Position numbers and translations under genes: made by a program
Notes under the pieces: generated by a model
Databases searched by the model: none
What the model was told of the DNA's origin: nothing
What the model saw: only the letters and a program-made list of their open reading frames with translations
Assembly: GCF_965641715.1 (NCBI RefSeq)
Contig: NZ_OZ282453.1
Strand: one strand, 5' to 3'
Length of the DNA: 64,000 nucleotides
Origin: Escherichia coli
GTDB lineage: Bacteria > Pseudomonadota > Gammaproteobacteria > Enterobacterales > Enterobacteriaceae
Shown: positions 38,926 to 52,802 of the stretch, piece by piece
Layout of the letters: each line of letters opens with the position of its first letter
Numbering within the stretch: position 1 is the stretch's first letter

Positions 38926-39638
38926 TCGAAATCTTACATGAATACTGGAAACCGCTGCTGTGGACCGACGGTTATCGCTTTACTGGTGTGGCGATCACTC
39001 TGTGGCTGCTTATTTTGTCGGTAGTGATAGGCGGAGTCCTGGCGCTGTTTCTGGCGATTGGTCGTGTCTCCAGTAATAAATACATCCAGTTTCCAATCTG
39101 GTTATTTACCTATATTTTTCGCGGTACGCCGCTGTATGTTCAGTTGCTGGTGTTCTATTCCGGCATGTATACGCTGGAGATTGTTAAGGGGACCGAGTTT
39201 CTTAACGCCTTTTTCCGCAGTGGCCTGAACTGTACCGTGCTGGCGCTGACGCTTAACACCTGCGCTTACACTACCGAGATTTTTGCTGGGGCAATCCGTT
39301 CGGTTCCGCATGGGGAAATTGAAGCCGCCAGAGCCTATGGCTTCTCGACTTTTAAAATGTATCGCTGCATTATTTTGCCTTCTGCGCTGCGTATTGCGTT
39401 ACCGGCATACAGCAACGAAGTGATCCTGATGCTGCACTCTACTGCGTTGGCATTTACTGCCACGGTGCCGGATCTGCTGAAAATAGCCCGCGATATTAAC
39501 GCCGCCACGTATCAACCTTTTACCGCCTTCGGCATTGCCGCGGTGCTCTATTTAATCATCTCTTATGTCCTGATCAGCCTCTTTCGCAGAGCGGAAAAAC
39601 GCTGGTTGCAGCATGTGAAACCTTCTTCAACGCACTGA
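38922..39638 (+). CDS. hisM: Histidine ABC transporter permease
   Basis: 238 aa; overlaps hisQ stop. Confidence 0.95.
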   Translation: MIEILHEYWKPLLWTDGYRFTGVAITLWLLILSVVIGGVLALFLAIGRVSSNKYIQFPIWLFTYIFRGTPLYVQLLVFYSGMYTLEIVKGTEFLNAFFRSGLNCTVLALTLNTCAYTTEIFAGAIRSVPHGEIEAARAYGFSTFKMYRCIILPSALRIALPAYSNEVILMLHSTALAFTATVPDLLKIARDINAATYQPFTAFGIAAVLYLIISYVLISLFRRAEKRWLQHVKPSSTH

Positions 39639-39645
39639 GAATACG

Positions 39646-40419
39646 ATGTCCGAGAATAAATTAAACGTTATCGATTTGCACAAACGCTATGGCGAACACG
39701 AAGTGCTGAAAGGGGTGTCACTGCAAGCGAATGCCGGGGATGTCATAAGCATCATCGGATCGTCGGGATCGGGGAAAAGTACCTTTCTGCGCTGCATTAA
39801 CTTCCTCGAAAAACCGAGTGAAGGGGCGATCGTGGTCAATGGCCAGACGATCAATCTGGTACGCGACAAAGACGGTCAACTCAAAGTCGCCGATAAAAAT
39901 CAACTGCGCTTACTGCGCACACGCCTGACGATGGTATTCCAGCACTTCAATCTCTGGAGCCATATGACGGTGCTGGAAAACGTCATGGAAGCGCCGATTC
40001 AGGTGTTGGGCCTGAGCAAGCAGGAAGCGCGCGAGCGGGCGGTGAAGTATCTGGCAAAAGTCGGGATAGACGAACGTGCACAGGGGAAATATCCGGTGCA
40101 TCTTTCCGGCGGTCAGCAACAGCGTGTTTCTATCGCGCGGGCGCTGGCGATGGAACCGGAAGTTTTACTGTTTGATGAACCTACCTCGGCGCTCGATCCT
40201 GAACTGGTAGGCGAAGTGTTGCGCATTATGCAGCAACTGGCAGAAGAGGGGAAAACCATGGTGGTAGTGACTCACGAAATGGGCTTTGCTCGTCATGTTT
40301 CTACTCACGTCATTTTCCTCCATCAGGGGAAAATAGAGGAAGAAGGCGCGCCGGAGCAGTTATTTGGCAACCCGCAAAGCCCTCGTCTGCAACAGTTCCT
40401 TAAAGGTTCGCTGAAATAA
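39646..40419 (+). CDS. hisP: Histidine ABC transporter ATP-binding protein
   Basis: 257 aa; Walker [10 protein letters not shown]. Confidence 0.95.
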   Translation: MSENKLNVIDLHKRYGEHEVLKGVSLQANAGDVISIIGSSGSGKSTFLRCINFLEKPSEGAIVVNGQTINLVRDKDGQLKVADKNQLRLLRTRLTMVFQHFNLWSHMTVLENVMEAPIQVLGLSKQEARERAVKYLAKVGIDERAQGKYPVHLSGGQQQRVSIARALAMEPEVLLFDEPTSALDPELVGEVLRIMQQLAEEGKTMVVVTHEMGFARHVSTHVIFLHQGKIEEEGAPEQLFGNPQSPRLQQFLKGSLK

Positions 40420-40425
40420 TTGCCT

Positions 40426-40456
40426 CTCCGGTGGCTAACGCTGCCGGAGTATTTTC
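40426..40456 (+). terminator. Possible terminator after hisP
   Basis: CTCCGG...CCGGAG stem followed by TATTTTC. Confidence 0.4.
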
Positions 40457-40615
40457 AAGGGGAATTTGCGAGTCAGCTTCCGCTGAAATGTAAAAGTTGC
40501 AGTCCGCTAAAAATACTTCTGAATTCGCTGTCCAAAGATAAAAACTGCCTGCTGCATTGGGTGTTAATCGTGGTTATTGTCGCGTCATCTTAAATTTGAG
40601 GGGTGACGGAACGCC

Positions 40616-41506
40616 ATGACAATATCGACAACTTCCACGCCGCATGATGCGGTATTTAAATCTTTTTTACGCCATCCAGACACCGCGCGGGATTTTATTG
40701 ATATTCATCTTCCCGCGCCGCTGCGCAAACTGTGTGATTTAACGACGCTTAAACTGGAACCAAACAGTTTTATAGATGAAGACCTGCGGCAATATTATTC
40801 CGACCTCTTGTGGTCTGTGAAAACGCAGGAGGGAGTGGGTTATATTTATGTAGTGATAGAGCACCAAAGTAAGCCGGAAGAATTAATGGCTTTTCGCATG
40901 ATGCGTTATTCCATTGCGGCAATGCAAAACCATCTTGATGCGGGCTATAAAGAGCTTCCATTGGTGATCCCGATGCTGTTTTATCATGGTTGCAGAAGTC
41001 CTTATCCTTATTCACTCTGCTGGCTTGATGAATTTGCCGAGCCTGCGATTGCCCGTAAAATATATTCATCGGCTTTTCCGTTGGTGGATATTACCGTGGT
41101 GCCGGATGACGAGATTATGCAACATCGCAAAATGGCGCTGTTGGAGTTAATTCAGAAACATATTCGTCAGCGCGATCTGTTGGGATTAGTCGACCAAATT
41201 GTTTCGCTGCTAGTTACAGGGAACACTAATGACAGACAGCTAAAAGCCCTGTTTAATTATGTATTACAAACGGGAGATGCCCAGCGTTTCCGTGCATTTA
41301 TTGGTGAGATAACAGAACGCGCACCACAAGAAAAGGAGAAACTGATGACCATTGCTGACAGATTACGTGAAGAAGGCGCAATGCAGGGCAAACACGAAGA
41401 AGCTCTGCGTATTGCTCAGGAGATGCTGGAAAAAGGATTTGACCACGAAGTCATCCTGACGCTGACCCGACTTTCACCAGACGATCTTATCGCGCAAAGC
41501 CACTAA
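40616..41506 (+). CDS. rpnB: Recombination-promoting nuclease RpnB (YfcI, transposase_31 family)
   Basis: 296 aa; [18 protein letters not shown]... Rpn-family N-terminus; conserved position after hisP. Confidence 0.8.
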   Translation: MTISTTSTPHDAVFKSFLRHPDTARDFIDIHLPAPLRKLCDLTTLKLEPNSFIDEDLRQYYSDLLWSVKTQEGVGYIYVVIEHQSKPEELMAFRMMRYSIAAMQNHLDAGYKELPLVIPMLFYHGCRSPYPYSLCWLDEFAEPAIARKIYSSAFPLVDITVVPDDEIMQHRKMALLELIQKHIRQRDLLGLVDQIVSLLVTGNTNDRQLKALFNYVLQTGDAQRFRAFIGEITERAPQEKEKLMTIADRLREEGAMQGKHEEALRIAQEMLEKGFDHEVILTLTRLSPDDLIAQSH

Positions 41507-41553
41507 CCCTGTAACACCGGGAGTTAACTGGCGGATGTTTGCAGTAAACCACA

Positions 41554-42447
41554 TCAGCGAACGACATCCGCCAGCGCCTCTTCTAAATCGTACCAGCGAA
41601 ACGCAAAACCCGCTTCTTCCAGCCGTTTAGGCAGCGCGCGTTGTCCACCTAATACCAGTACTGAAGATTCGCCCATTAACAGCCGAATGGCGGTTGCGGG
41701 GACGCGCAAAATAGCCGGGCGATGCAGCGCATGACCGAGCGCATGGGCAAATTGTTCATTGCGTATCGGGTAGGGTGAAACCATATTAAATGACCCGCGC
41801 AGCTCGTTATCCAGCAGCCAGAGAATGCCGTTGACCATATCATCGATATGAATCCAGGCCAGATACTGCCGACCGGAACCAATCGGCCCGCCCAGGCCAA
41901 GACGAAACGGCGGCAGCATTTTACCGAGAATACCGCCATCCGGTGCCAGCACTACGCCGGTACGCAGCAGGCACACTCGCGTTTTGTCACTTTGCGCCCG
42001 GCAGGCAATTTCTTCCCAGCGGGCGCAGAGTTTATGGGTAAATTCGTTATGCGGCGGTTCCTCTTCGGTAACCACCACTTCACCTAAGTCGCCATAATAG
42101 CCCGTTGCCGAGCCGGAAATGAGTACCGACGGTGGCGTGTCGCTGGCATTAATCAAATCGACCAGTTTTTGCGTGATATTCCAGCGGCTTTGGCAGAGAC
42201 GCTCTTTTTGCTCGTGAGTCCAACGTTTATCAGCAATCGGTTCTCCGGCCAGGTTGATTACCGCATCAACGCCGTTGAGGTTGCTTTGATCGGCAAGCCC
42301 TTGCCATAGTGTCACCCGAGGGCCGAGAACGGAACTGGCTTTCTGCGGGTTACGCGTCATTACCGTGATTTGATGGCCCAGCTCCAGCAAACGTGGAATC
42401 AAATGGCGACCAATTAATCCCGTCCCTCCGGTGATCACTATGTTCAT
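41554..42447 (-). CDS. yfcH: Epimerase-family protein YfcH
   Basis: 297 aa; Rossmann motif ITGGTGLIG. Confidence 0.85.
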   Translation of the reverse strand: MNIVITGGTGLIGRHLIPRLLELGHQITVMTRNPQKASSVLGPRVTLWQGLADQSNLNGVDAVINLAGEPIADKRWTHEQKERLCQSRWNITQKLVDLINASDTPPSVLISGSATGYYGDLGEVVVTEEEPPHNEFTHKLCARWEEIACRAQSDKTRVCLLRTGVVLAPDGGILGKMLPPFRLGLGGPIGSGRQYLAWIHIDDMVNGILWLLDNELRGSFNMVSPYPIRNEQFAHALGHALHRPAILRVPATAIRLLMGESSVLVLGGQRALPKRLEEAGFAFRWYDLEEALADVVR

Positions 42448-42467
42448 GCAGCCTCCCGATATGGCGG

Positions 42468-42830
42468 TTAACGCTGCCAGCTTAAGGTCATGGATACCGA
42501 ATCGGCGTAGCGCAGCGCGTGCAGTTTATCGATCTCCACTTCAGCATACGTCACCCAGTGATGTTCACGTGCGATATCGAGCACATCCTGAGTTAATTTT
42601 TCCAGCAAAGAGAAACGGTTATTCTCTACATGCTGAATAATGTTTTTCGTTACGGTGCGATAATTCAGCGCATCGTTGATATCTTCGCTGGTGCGCGCTT
42701 TATCGGCGGGGTAGTGGATCGTCACATTGATAACAATATCCTGACGGTTGTTAATTTCTTCTTCCTTAATTCCGATAAATGTACGTAAACGAAGGTTCTT
42801 TATACGAATAATAGCGGCAGGTTGTGCCAT
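42468..42830 (-). CDS. folX: Dihydroneopterin triphosphate 2'-epimerase
   Basis: 120 aa; FolX sequence. Confidence 0.9.
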
Positions 42831-42886
42831 TGCAGGTTCTCCGTTGTTTTACTTAGGATGAAATAATACACGAGAACCTGTTTCTG

Positions 42887-44363
<1,477 letters not shown>

Positions 44364-44366
44364 TGA

Positions 44367-44921
44367 GTGATGAAACTGATGTTTGCATCGGACATTCATG
44401 GGTCGTTACCGGCGACGGAACGTGTTCTGGAGTTGTTTGCCCAAAGCGGTGCCCAGTGGCTGGTGATCCTTGGCGACGTGTTGAATCACGGCCCGCGTAA
44501 TGCTTTACCGGAGGGTTACGCGCCAGCCAAAGTCGCTGAACGGCTTAATGAAGTGGCACATAAGGTTATCGCTGTGCGCGGCAACTGCGACAGCGAAGTG
44601 GATCAAATGCTGCTGCATTTCCCGATAACCGCGCCGTGGCAACAGGTATTACTGGAAAAACAACGTCTGTTTTTGACGCATGGTCATCTTTTTGGCCCGG
44701 AAAATCTGCCTGCTTTAAACCAGAACGATGTGCTGGTGTACGGCCATACCCATCTGCCAGTGGCAGAACAGCGGGGGGAGATTTTCCACTTCAACCCCGG
44801 CTCGGTGAGTATTCCGAAAGGCGGTAATCCGGCGAGTTATGGCATGCTGGATAATGACGTACTTAGTGTAATCGCACTCAATGATCAAAGTATCATTGCG
44901 CAGGTCGCGATTAATCCGTAA
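44367..44921 (+). CDS. yfcE: Phosphodiesterase YfcE (calcineurin-like)
   Basis: 184 aa; DIHG and GNCD motifs. Confidence 0.85.
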   Translation: MMKLMFASDIHGSLPATERVLELFAQSGAQWLVILGDVLNHGPRNALPEGYAPAKVAERLNEVAHKVIAVRGNCDSEVDQMLLHFPITAPWQQVLLEKQRLFLTHGHLFGPENLPALNQNDVLVYGHTHLPVAEQRGEIFHFNPGSVSIPKGGNPASYGMLDNDVLSVIALNDQSIIAQVAINP

Positions 44922-44978
44922 TTTACCCACAACTCATAATGCGCCGTAAGAGCGCCAGAAAAAGAAGGTTTCCTGATA

Positions 44979-45521
44979 ATGGAACAGCGTCGTTTGGCAA
45001 GTACTGAATGGGTGGATATTGTCAATGAAGAGAACGAAGTCATTGCACAAGCCAGCCGGGAACAAATGCGGGCACAGTGTCTGCGTCATCGTGCAACTTA
45101 CATCGTCGTGCATGATGGCATGGGCAAAATTCTGGTCCAGCGTCGTACCGAGACAAAAGACTTTTTACCCGGCATGTTAGATGCGACCGCAGGCGGTGTG
45201 GTTCAGGCCGATGAGCAACTGCTGGAATCCGCGCGTCGCGAAGCGGAAGAAGAGTTGGGCATTGCCGGTGTCCCCTTTGCCGAGCACGGGCAGTTCTATT
45301 TCGAAGATAAAAATTGCCGTGTCTGGGGCGCGTTGTTCAGCTGCGTCTCTCACGGTCCCTTCGCCCTACAGGAAGATGAAGTCAGTGAAGTTTGCTGGCT
45401 GACGCCGGAAGAAATCACCGCACGCTGCGATGAGTTCACTCCAGACTCGCTGAAAGCGCTGGCGTTGTGGATGAAGCGCAATGCCAAAAATGAAGCCGTA
45501 GAGACTGAAACGGCAGAATGA
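44979..45521 (+). CDS. yfcD: NUDIX hydrolase YfcD
   Basis: 180 aa; Nudix box region. Confidence 0.8.
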
Positions 45522-45555
45522 AAAAAGAGCCGCAATTGCGGCTCTTAACATTTTT
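45521..45555. terminator. Bidirectional intrinsic terminator between convergent yfcD and yfcC
   Basis: AAAAAAGAGCCGCAATTGCGGCTCTTAACATTTTT: perfect hairpin flanked by A-run and T-run. Confidence 0.7.
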
Positions 45556-47074
45556 AGTGGTAGCCCATCAACTGAGCGCCGATCACCACGACGCTGGACA
45601 TAATAAACAGCAGTCCAAGCAGGGTCGCGCCCACCTTCAGCCAGTTACGGAAGTCCACCCGGCAAACACCGAGCGTCGCCATTAACGAAGCTGAGGTCGG
45701 GTAAATGATGTGACTGAAGCCATCACCAAACTGGAAAGCCAGCACGGTAACCTGACGGTTAACACCGACCAGATCGCCAAGCGGTGCCAGTAACGGCATG
45801 GTTAACGCCGCCTGACCAGAACCGGACGTCACGAAGAAATTAAATACCGCCTGGAAGAGCAACATAAACCAGGCCGCGACCGCGTTGTCCAGACCGCTAA
45901 TGGCATTGGCAATGCTGTTGAGGATAGTATTTAACACGCTGGCATCACCCGCTTCACCATTACCGACCAGCAGCAAAATCCCTTTGGCGAAACCCACCAG
46001 CAGGGCAGGGGCGATCATCATTCGCGCCCCTTCGGTGAAGGATGAAGCCATGGTATTAACCGTCATACCGTTAAGGCGGAAAACAACGCCGATGATGCCA
46101 ATCACCAGACCCATGGTGAAGAACTGGCTGGCAATTTCTGGAATAAACCAGGCATTAACGATCACGCCCCAAATCACCCAGACCATTACGGCAGTCAGGA
46201 CAATCAATACCAGCCAGTCACCAAAGGTAAACGGACGTTGTTCAACATCCGCCTGCTTTTCACGAAAGAAGCGGTCGGACTCATGCACGCGTGACAGAAG
46301 AGGATTCTTTTTCACTCGTGAGGCGTACACCATGGTAAAGATCAGGCCAATCAGAGTGGCGATAACCCACACCACGATGCGCAACCCGGAGCCAGAAAGC
46401 ACCGGAACGCCGGCAATCCCCTGAGCAACAACCACACAAAACGGGTTCATCCACGAACTGGCAAAACCGATTTGCGTGGCAATATAGGTCACCAGGACGG
46501 TGGTAATACTGTCATAGCCCAGCCGGACCATTAGCGGTGCGATGATAATGGCAAAGGCGACGGCCTCTTCCCCCATACCAAATACCGCGCCGCCAAGTGA
46601 AAACAGAATAAACAGCGCAGGAATAAAGAGAATTTCATTCCCGCGGGTATGGCGAATAAGCGCCAGGATACCGTTATCAATGGTTCCTGTACGCATCACA
46701 ATGCCAAACGCGCCGCCAATCACCAGCATAAACATGATGATGCCAACGGCTGTCCCGTATTTCGATCCTGAGGTTAACCCTTCAAACGGGAAGTTCATCA
46801 GGCCCGGGCGTTCATCGCCCGTCGTGAACAGCTGTACGCGGTGATACTCAGGTTCGCCTGCTTCGTTAGTCAGAATGCGAAATGAGTGTGGATCTACGAC
46901 TTTGCGTGTTTTTGTTTGACCATCAACCTGATACTGCACTTCCTGACTGTCAAACATCCCCACCGGAACTACCCAGGTGGCAAGGCTGGTTAAAATAGCA
47001 ACAAAAAAGATAATCACCAACGTATCGGGCATTGCCCATCTTCTTGTTGGTTTGGATTCAGTGATTGCGGACAT
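45554..47074 (-). CDS. yfcC: Inner membrane protein YfcC
   Basis: Start set to MSAITESKPTRRW... (track ORF extends to 47095); polytopic membrane protein. Confidence 0.85.
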   Translation of the reverse strand: MSAITESKPTRRWAMPDTLVIIFFVAILTSLATWVVPVGMFDSQEVQYQVDGQTKTRKVVDPHSFRILTNEAGEPEYHRVQLFTTGDERPGLMNFPFEGLTSGSKYGTAVGIIMFMLVIGGAFGIVMRTGTIDNGILALIRHTRGNEILFIPALFILFSLGGAVFGMGEEAVAFAIIIAPLMVRLGYDSITTVLVTYIATQIGFASSWMNPFCVVVAQGIAGVPVLSGSGLRIVVWVIATLIGLIFTMVYASRVKKNPLLSRVHESDRFFREKQADVEQRPFTFGDWLVLIVLTAVMVWVIWGVIVNAWFIPEIASQFFTMGLVIGIIGVVFRLNGMTVNTMASSFTEGARMMIAPALLVGFAKGILLLVGNGEAGDASVLNTILNSIANAISGLDNAVAAWFMLLFQAVFNFFVTSGSGQAALTMPLLAPLGDLVGVNRQVTVLAFQFGDGFSHIIYPTSASLMATLGVCRVDFRNWLKVGATLLGLLFIMSSVVVIGAQLMGYH

Positions 47075-47194
47075 AGCGCAAATATTCCCTTGCACAAAAC
47101 AAAGTGGTAAGTATGCAAAGTGAAATGGCGCAATTCATTGATGCAGCGCAGTTAAGCAAGATAATCAGAAAGGATTAATGCAAATTAAGAGAAT

Positions 47195-47223
47195 AAAAAA
47201 CCGGAAATAGTGACTATTTCCGG
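47195..47223 (-). terminator. Intrinsic terminator of the ackA-pta operon
   Basis: On the minus strand, hairpin CCGGAAATAGTCACTATTTCCGG followed by TTTTTT; a second hairpin at 47231-47253. Confidence 0.7.
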
Positions 47224-47263
47224 TTCAGATATCCGCAGCGCAAAGCTGCGGATGATGACGAGA

Positions 47264-49408
47264 TTACTGCTGCTGTGCAGACTGAATCGCAGTCAGCGCG
47301 ATGGTGTAGACGATATCGTCAACCAGTGCGCCACGGGACAGGTCGTTAACCGGCTTGCGCATACCCTGCAGCATCGGCCCGATGGAGATCAGGTCGGCAG
47401 AACGCTGTACCGCTTTGTAGGTGGTGTTACCGGTGTTCAGATCCGGGAAGATGAACACGGTAGCGCGACCTGCAACCGGAGAGTTCGGCGCTTTAGATTT
47501 CGCAACGTCAGCCATTACCGCAGCGTCGTACTGCAGCGGACCGTCGATCATCAGGTCAGGACGTTTTTCCTGCGCCAGACGAGTTGCTTCGCGAACTTTT
47601 TCTACGTCGCTACCTGCACCAGAAGTACCGGTGGAGTAGGAGAGCATAGCAACGCGCGGTTCGATACCGAAGGCTGCAGCGGAATCAGCGGACTGAATCG
47701 CGATTTCTGCCAGCTGTTCTGCGGTCGGATCCGGGTTGATCGCACAGTCACCGTAAACGTAAACCTGTTCCGGCAGCAGCATGAAGAACACGGAAGATAC
47801 CAGGGAGCTGCCCGGTGCAGTTTTGATCAGCTGCAGCGGCGGACGGATGGTGTTTGCGGTAGTGTGAACAGCACCGGAAACCAGACCATCAACTTCATCC
47901 TGTTCCAGCATCAGCGTACCGAGCACCACGTTGTCTTCCAGCTGTTCGCGGGCAACGGTTTCGGTCATGCCTTTGTTCTTACGCAGCTCGACCAGACGAC
48001 CAACATAGCTTTCGCGAACCACTTCTGGATCAACGATTTCAATGCCTGCACCCAGTTCTACACCCTGAGACGCTGCAACACGGTTGATCTCTGCCGGATT
48101 ACCCAGCAGTACGCAAGTTGCGATACCACGTTCAGCACAGATAGCGGCTGCTTTAACGGTACGCGGTTCGTCACCTTCCGGCAGTACGATACGTTTGCCC
48201 GCTTTGCGCGCAAGTTCAGTCAGCTGATAACGGAACGCTGGCGGAGACAGACGACGGCTGCGCTCAGAAGTGGCAGTCAGAGAATCGATCCAGTCAGCGT
48301 TGATGTAGTTAGCAACGTATTCCTGAACTTTCTCGATACGCTCGTGATCGTCAACTGGAACTTCCAGGTTGAAGCTCTGCAGGCTCAGAGAAGTCTGCCA
48401 GGTGTTGGTGTTCACCATAAATACCGGCAGGCCGGTAGCGAAAGCACGTTCGCACAGTTTAGAAATGCGCGCGTCCATTTCGTAGCCGCCAGTCAGCAGC
48501 AGGGCACCGATTTCTACGCCGTTCATGGCAGCCAGGCAAGCGGCAACCAGCACGTCAGGACGGTCTGCGGAAGTCACCAGCAGAGAACCGGCACGGAAGT
48601 GCTCCAGCATGTGCGGAATGCTGCGTGCGCAGAAAGTGACGGATTTAACGCGGCGAGTATTGATGTCGCCTTCGTTGATGATGGTCGCATTCAGGTGGCG
48701 AGCCATATCGATCGCACGAGTCGCGATCAGGTCAAAGCTCCACGGCACAGCGCCGAGAACCGGCAGCGGGCTGGATTCTTGCAGCTTCGCCGGATCAACA
48801 TTGTTTACTTTAGCTTTGGAAGAGTCGTCGAAAATCTCGGACAGATCCGGGCGAGTACGACCCTGTTCATCAACCGGTGCGTTCAGTTTGTTAACGATAA
48901 CGCCGGTGATGTTGGTGTTTTTGGCACCGCCGAAGCTGTTGCGGGTCAGTTCGATACGCTCTTTCAGCTGTTCCGGGGTGTCAGTGCCCTGAGACATAAC
49001 GAAGACGATTTCCGCATTCAGCGTTTTAGCGATTTCGTAGTTCAGAGACTGGGCAAACTGGTGCTTACGTGTCGGGACCAGACCTTCAACCAGAACGACT
49101 TCAGCGTCTTTGGTGTTAGCGTGGTAGTTTGCGACGATCTCTTCCATCAGCACATCTTTCTGATTGCTGGAAAGCAGACCTTCAACGTAGCTCATTTTCA
49201 GCGGTTCAGCGGCCGTCGTGGTGGAAGAGTTCGCACGCACGATAGTCGTAGTCTGATCGGGCGCATCGCCACCGGTACGCGGCTGAGCGATAGGTTTGAA
49301 AACGCTCAGACGAACGCCTTTGCGTTCCATTGCACGGATCACGCCAAGGCTGACGCTGGTCAGACCGACGCTGGTTCCGGTAGGGATCAGCATAATAATA
49401 CGGGACAC
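47264..49408 (-). CDS. pta: Phosphate acetyltransferase
   Basis: 714 aa; starts [22 protein letters not shown]... Confidence 0.97.
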   Translation of the reverse strand: MSRIIMLIPTGTSVGLTSVSLGVIRAMERKGVRLSVFKPIAQPRTGGDAPDQTTTIVRANSSTTTAAEPLKMSYVEGLLSSNQKDVLMEEIVANYHANTKDAEVVLVEGLVPTRKHQFAQSLNYEIAKTLNAEIVFVMSQGTDTPEQLKERIELTRNSFGGAKNTNITGVIVNKLNAPVDEQGRTRPDLSEIFDDSSKAKVNNVDPAKLQESSPLPVLGAVPWSFDLIATRAIDMARHLNATIINEGDINTRRVKSVTFCARSIPHMLEHFRAGSLLVTSADRPDVLVAACLAAMNGVEIGALLLTGGYEMDARISKLCERAFATGLPVFMVNTNTWQTSLSLQSFNLEVPVDDHERIEKVQEYVANYINADWIDSLTATSERSRRLSPPAFRYQLTELARKAGKRIVLPEGDEPRTVKAAAICAERGIATCVLLGNPAEINRVAASQGVELGAGIEIVDPEVVRESYVGRLVELRKNKGMTETVAREQLEDNVVLGTLMLEQDEVDGLVSGAVHTTANTIRPPLQLIKTAPGSSLVSSVFFMLLPEQVYVYGDCAINPDPTAEQLAEIAIQSADSAAAFGIEPRVAMLSYSTGTSGAGSDVEKVREATRLAQEKRPDLMIDGPLQYDAAVMADVAKSKAPNSPVAGRATVFIFPDLNTGNTTYKAVQRSADLISIGPMLQGMRKPVNDLSRGALVDDIVYTIALTAIQSAQQQ

Positions 49409-49482
49409 GGTTTATCCTCTTTCGTTACCGCCGATTTGGCGGGTTACAAAACAGCACCGCCAGCTGAGCTGGCGGTGTGAAA

Positions 49483-50685
49483 TCAGGCAGTCAGGCGGCT
49501 CGCGTCTTGCGCGATAACCAGTTCTTCGTTGGTTGGGATAACCACCGCAGGACGGGTACCTTCTTTGTTGATGAAACCAGATTTGCCGAAACGTGCAGCC
49601 AGGTTGCGTTCATGATCAACTTCAAAGCCCAGCACGCCCAGTTTGCCCAGAGACAGTTCACGAACCATCGCGGCATTTTCACCGATACCACCGGTGAATA
49701 CAACAGCGTCCAGACGACCATCCATCAGCGCAGTGTAGGCACCGATGTATTTCGCCAGGCGGTGGCAGTAAACGTCCATTGCGCGCTTCGCGTCTTCTTT
49801 CGTCGCGTAGTTGTCTTCAACATAGCGGCAGTCGCTGGTCACTTCGGTCAGACCCAGCAGGCCAGACTCTTTGGTCAGCAGTTTGTTGATTGCGTCAACG
49901 CTCATGCCCAGGGTGTCGTGCAGGTGGAAGATGATCGCCGGATCGATATCACCAGAACGGGTACCCATGACCAGACCTTCCAGCGGGGTCAGGCCCATAG
50001 AGGTGTCAACGCATTTACCGTTGCGGATAGCAGAAACGGAACCACCGTTGCCCAGGTGGCAGGTGATGATGTTCAGTTCTTCTACCGGTTTGTTCAGCAT
50101 TTTTGCCGCTTCCTGGGTTACATAGAAGTGGCTGGTGCCGTGCGCGCCGTAACGACGGATGCCGTGCTCTTTGTACAGGTTGTACGGCAGGGCGTAGAGG
50201 TAAGACTCTTCCGGCATAGTCTGGTGGAACGCGGTGTCAAATACAGCAACGTTTTTGTCTTTCAGCTGTGGGAAAGATTTCAGAGCTTCTTCGATACCGA
50301 TCAGGTGAGCCGGGTTGTGCAGCGGTGCAAAAGAAGCTGCATCTTTGATACCCTGAATAACAGACTCATCGATCACTACGGAGCTGGTATACTTTTCGCC
50401 GCCGTGTACGATACGGTGACCGATAGCAGTCAGCTGCGCAGACAGTTCTGGTTTTTGTGCCAGAATAGTATTAACGATAAAGTTGAGCGCTTCGCTGTGA
50501 GCGGCGCCTGCACCTAAAGCCGCTTCCTGTTTATTGCCGTCCATTTTCCATTTGATACGTGCTTCGGGCAGGTGGAAACATTCGGCTAAACCAGAAAGGT
50601 ACTCTTCACCATTTACTGCATCGATGATGGCAAATTTCAGTGAAGAACTACCGCAGTTCAGAACCAGTACTAACTTACTCGACAT
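49483..50685 (-). CDS. ackA: Acetate kinase
   Basis: 400 aa; starts [20 protein letters not shown]... Confidence 0.97.
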   Translation of the reverse strand: MSSKLVLVLNCGSSSLKFAIIDAVNGEEYLSGLAECFHLPEARIKWKMDGNKQEAALGAGAAHSEALNFIVNTILAQKPELSAQLTAIGHRIVHGGEKYTSSVVIDESVIQGIKDAASFAPLHNPAHLIGIEEALKSFPQLKDKNVAVFDTAFHQTMPEESYLYALPYNLYKEHGIRRYGAHGTSHFYVTQEAAKMLNKPVEELNIITCHLGNGGSVSAIRNGKCVDTSMGLTPLEGLVMGTRSGDIDPAIIFHLHDTLGMSVDAINKLLTKESGLLGLTEVTSDCRYVEDNYATKEDAKRAMDVYCHRLAKYIGAYTALMDGRLDAVVFTGGIGENAAMVRELSLGKLGVLGFEVDHERNLAARFGKSGFINKEGTRPAVVIPTNEELVIAQDASRLTA

Positions 50686-51022
50686 GGAAGTACCTATAAT
50701 TGATACGTGGCTAAAAAAACGTCAGGGAGCCATAGAGCGTAGCGCATGATGACACCGACATTTATGATTAACATCATGCACTGCAAATTTTTTTTGCATG
50801 ATGGAAGAAATATCTTGAGTCTATGCCATTTTGCGTAATTTTCAGCCAATGGCATAATGTATATGAATTTGACGACTCAATGAATATGTACTACTTAGGC
50901 CTTCAGGCTGCTAAAGGATACCTGATAGTGGGTATGGAAGACAAAATGTTTTGAACGTTGTCCCGCTGAGTTGTGAATTTGCACAAATTTTTGAATCTTT
51001 ATATGTGAAGTTGAGGTGAAGC

Positions 51023-51478
51023 ATGTCAACGCCGGATAATCGTTCTGTTAATTTTTTTAGCTTGTTTCGCCGGGGACAGCATTACTCAAAGACGTGGCCG
51101 CTGGAAAAACGCCTTGCCCCGGTCTTTGTCGAAAATCGCGTTATCAAGATGACGCGTTATGCGATCCGTTTTATGCCGCCGATCGCCGTATTTACTCTCT
51201 GCTGGCAGATTGCCCTGGGCGGTCTGCTTGGGCCGGCAGTTGCCACTGCCCTGTTCGCCTTAAGTTTACCCATGCAGGGATTGTGGTGGCTGGGCAAGCG
51301 TTCTGTCACGCCATTACCCCCTGCAATCCTCAACTGGTTTTATGAAGTTCGCGGTAAATTGCAGGAGTCTGGACAGGTGTTGGCACCCGTTGAAGGCAAG
51401 CCTGATTACCAGGCATTAGCTGACACGCTTAAGCGCGCCTTCAAACAACTGGATAAAACTTTCCTTGATGATTTGTAA
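51023..51478 (+). CDS. yfbV: UPF0208 membrane protein YfbV
   Basis: 151 aa; conserved position divergent from ackA. Confidence 0.85.
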   Translation: MSTPDNRSVNFFSLFRRGQHYSKTWPLEKRLAPVFVENRVIKMTRYAIRFMPPIAVFTLCWQIALGGLLGPAVATALFALSLPMQGLWWLGKRSVTPLPPAILNWFYEVRGKLQESGQVLAPVEGKPDYQALADTLKRAFKQLDKTFLDDL

Positions 51479-51482
51479 TTGA

Positions 51483-52055
<573 letters not shown>

Positions 52056-52065
52056 GGAGGCCCGC

Positions 52066-52716
52066 GTGCGGTGCAAAGGTTTTCTGTTTGATCTTGATGG
52101 AACGCTGGTGGATTCCCTGCCTGCGGTAGAACGGGCGTGGAGCAACTGGGCCAGACGTCATGGGTTAGCGCCGGAAGAGGTGCTGGCTTTCATTCACGGT
52201 AAACAGGCGATCACCTCTCTGCGCCATTTTATGGCGGGCAAATCCGAGGCTGATATTGCCGCCGAGTTTACGCGTCTGGAGCAAATCGAGGCCACGGAAA
52301 CCGAAGGTATTACCGCGCTTCCGGGGGCAATCGCCTTACTCAATCATTTGAATAAAGCAGGTATTCCGTGGGCCATTGTGACTTCTGGCTCCATGCCGGT
52401 AGCGCGAGCGCGCCATAAAATAGCGGGGCTTCCCGCACCAGAGGTGTTTGTAACCGCTGAGCGAGTGAAGCGCGGAAAACCAGAACCTGATGCGTATCTG
52501 TTAGGCGCGCAGCTGCTGGGGCTTGCGCCGCAGGAGTGTGTGGTGGTGGAAGATGCTCCCGCTGGCGTGCTTTCTGGCCTGGCGGCGGGTTGCCATGTCA
52601 TTGCGGTTAACGCTCCGGCAGATACCCCGCGCCTGAATGAGGTCGATTTGGTCCTCCACAGTCTGGAGCAAATTACTGTGACCAAACAGCCAAATGGCGA
52701 TGTTATTATTCAGTGA
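52066..52716 (+). CDS. yfbT: HAD-family sugar phosphatase YfbT
   Basis: 216 aa; FDLDGTLVDS motif; GTG start. Confidence 0.85.
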   Translation: MRCKGFLFDLDGTLVDSLPAVERAWSNWARRHGLAPEEVLAFIHGKQAITSLRHFMAGKSEADIAAEFTRLEQIEATETEGITALPGAIALLNHLNKAGIPWAIVTSGSMPVARARHKIAGLPAPEVFVTAERVKRGKPEPDAYLLGAQLLGLAPQECVVVEDAPAGVLSGLAAGCHVIAVNAPADTPRLNEVDLVLHSLEQITVTKQPNGDVIIQ

Positions 52717-52734
52717 AACACCTGATCATGATTT

Positions 52735-52759
52735 AGCCCCGTCTCGTCGGGGCTTTTTT
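52735..52759 (+). terminator. Intrinsic terminator after yfbT
   Basis: AGCCCCGTCTCGTCGGGGCTTTTTT. Confidence 0.7.
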
Positions 52760-52802
52760 ATGGCAGAATCAAGTCATCCCCCTCAATTAACAAGGATAAG
52801 TT

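Noticed and set aside
47210-49480. 756-aa ORF on the plus strand
   Set aside because: Entirely antisense to pta; low-complexity R/Q/F-rich translation; an artefact of an open reverse frame in a highly expressed gene. The same applies to 49477-50517 (antisense to ackA), 60568-62010 (antisense to nuoC), 34404-35174 (antisense to purF) and 20109-21182 (antisense to gene A).
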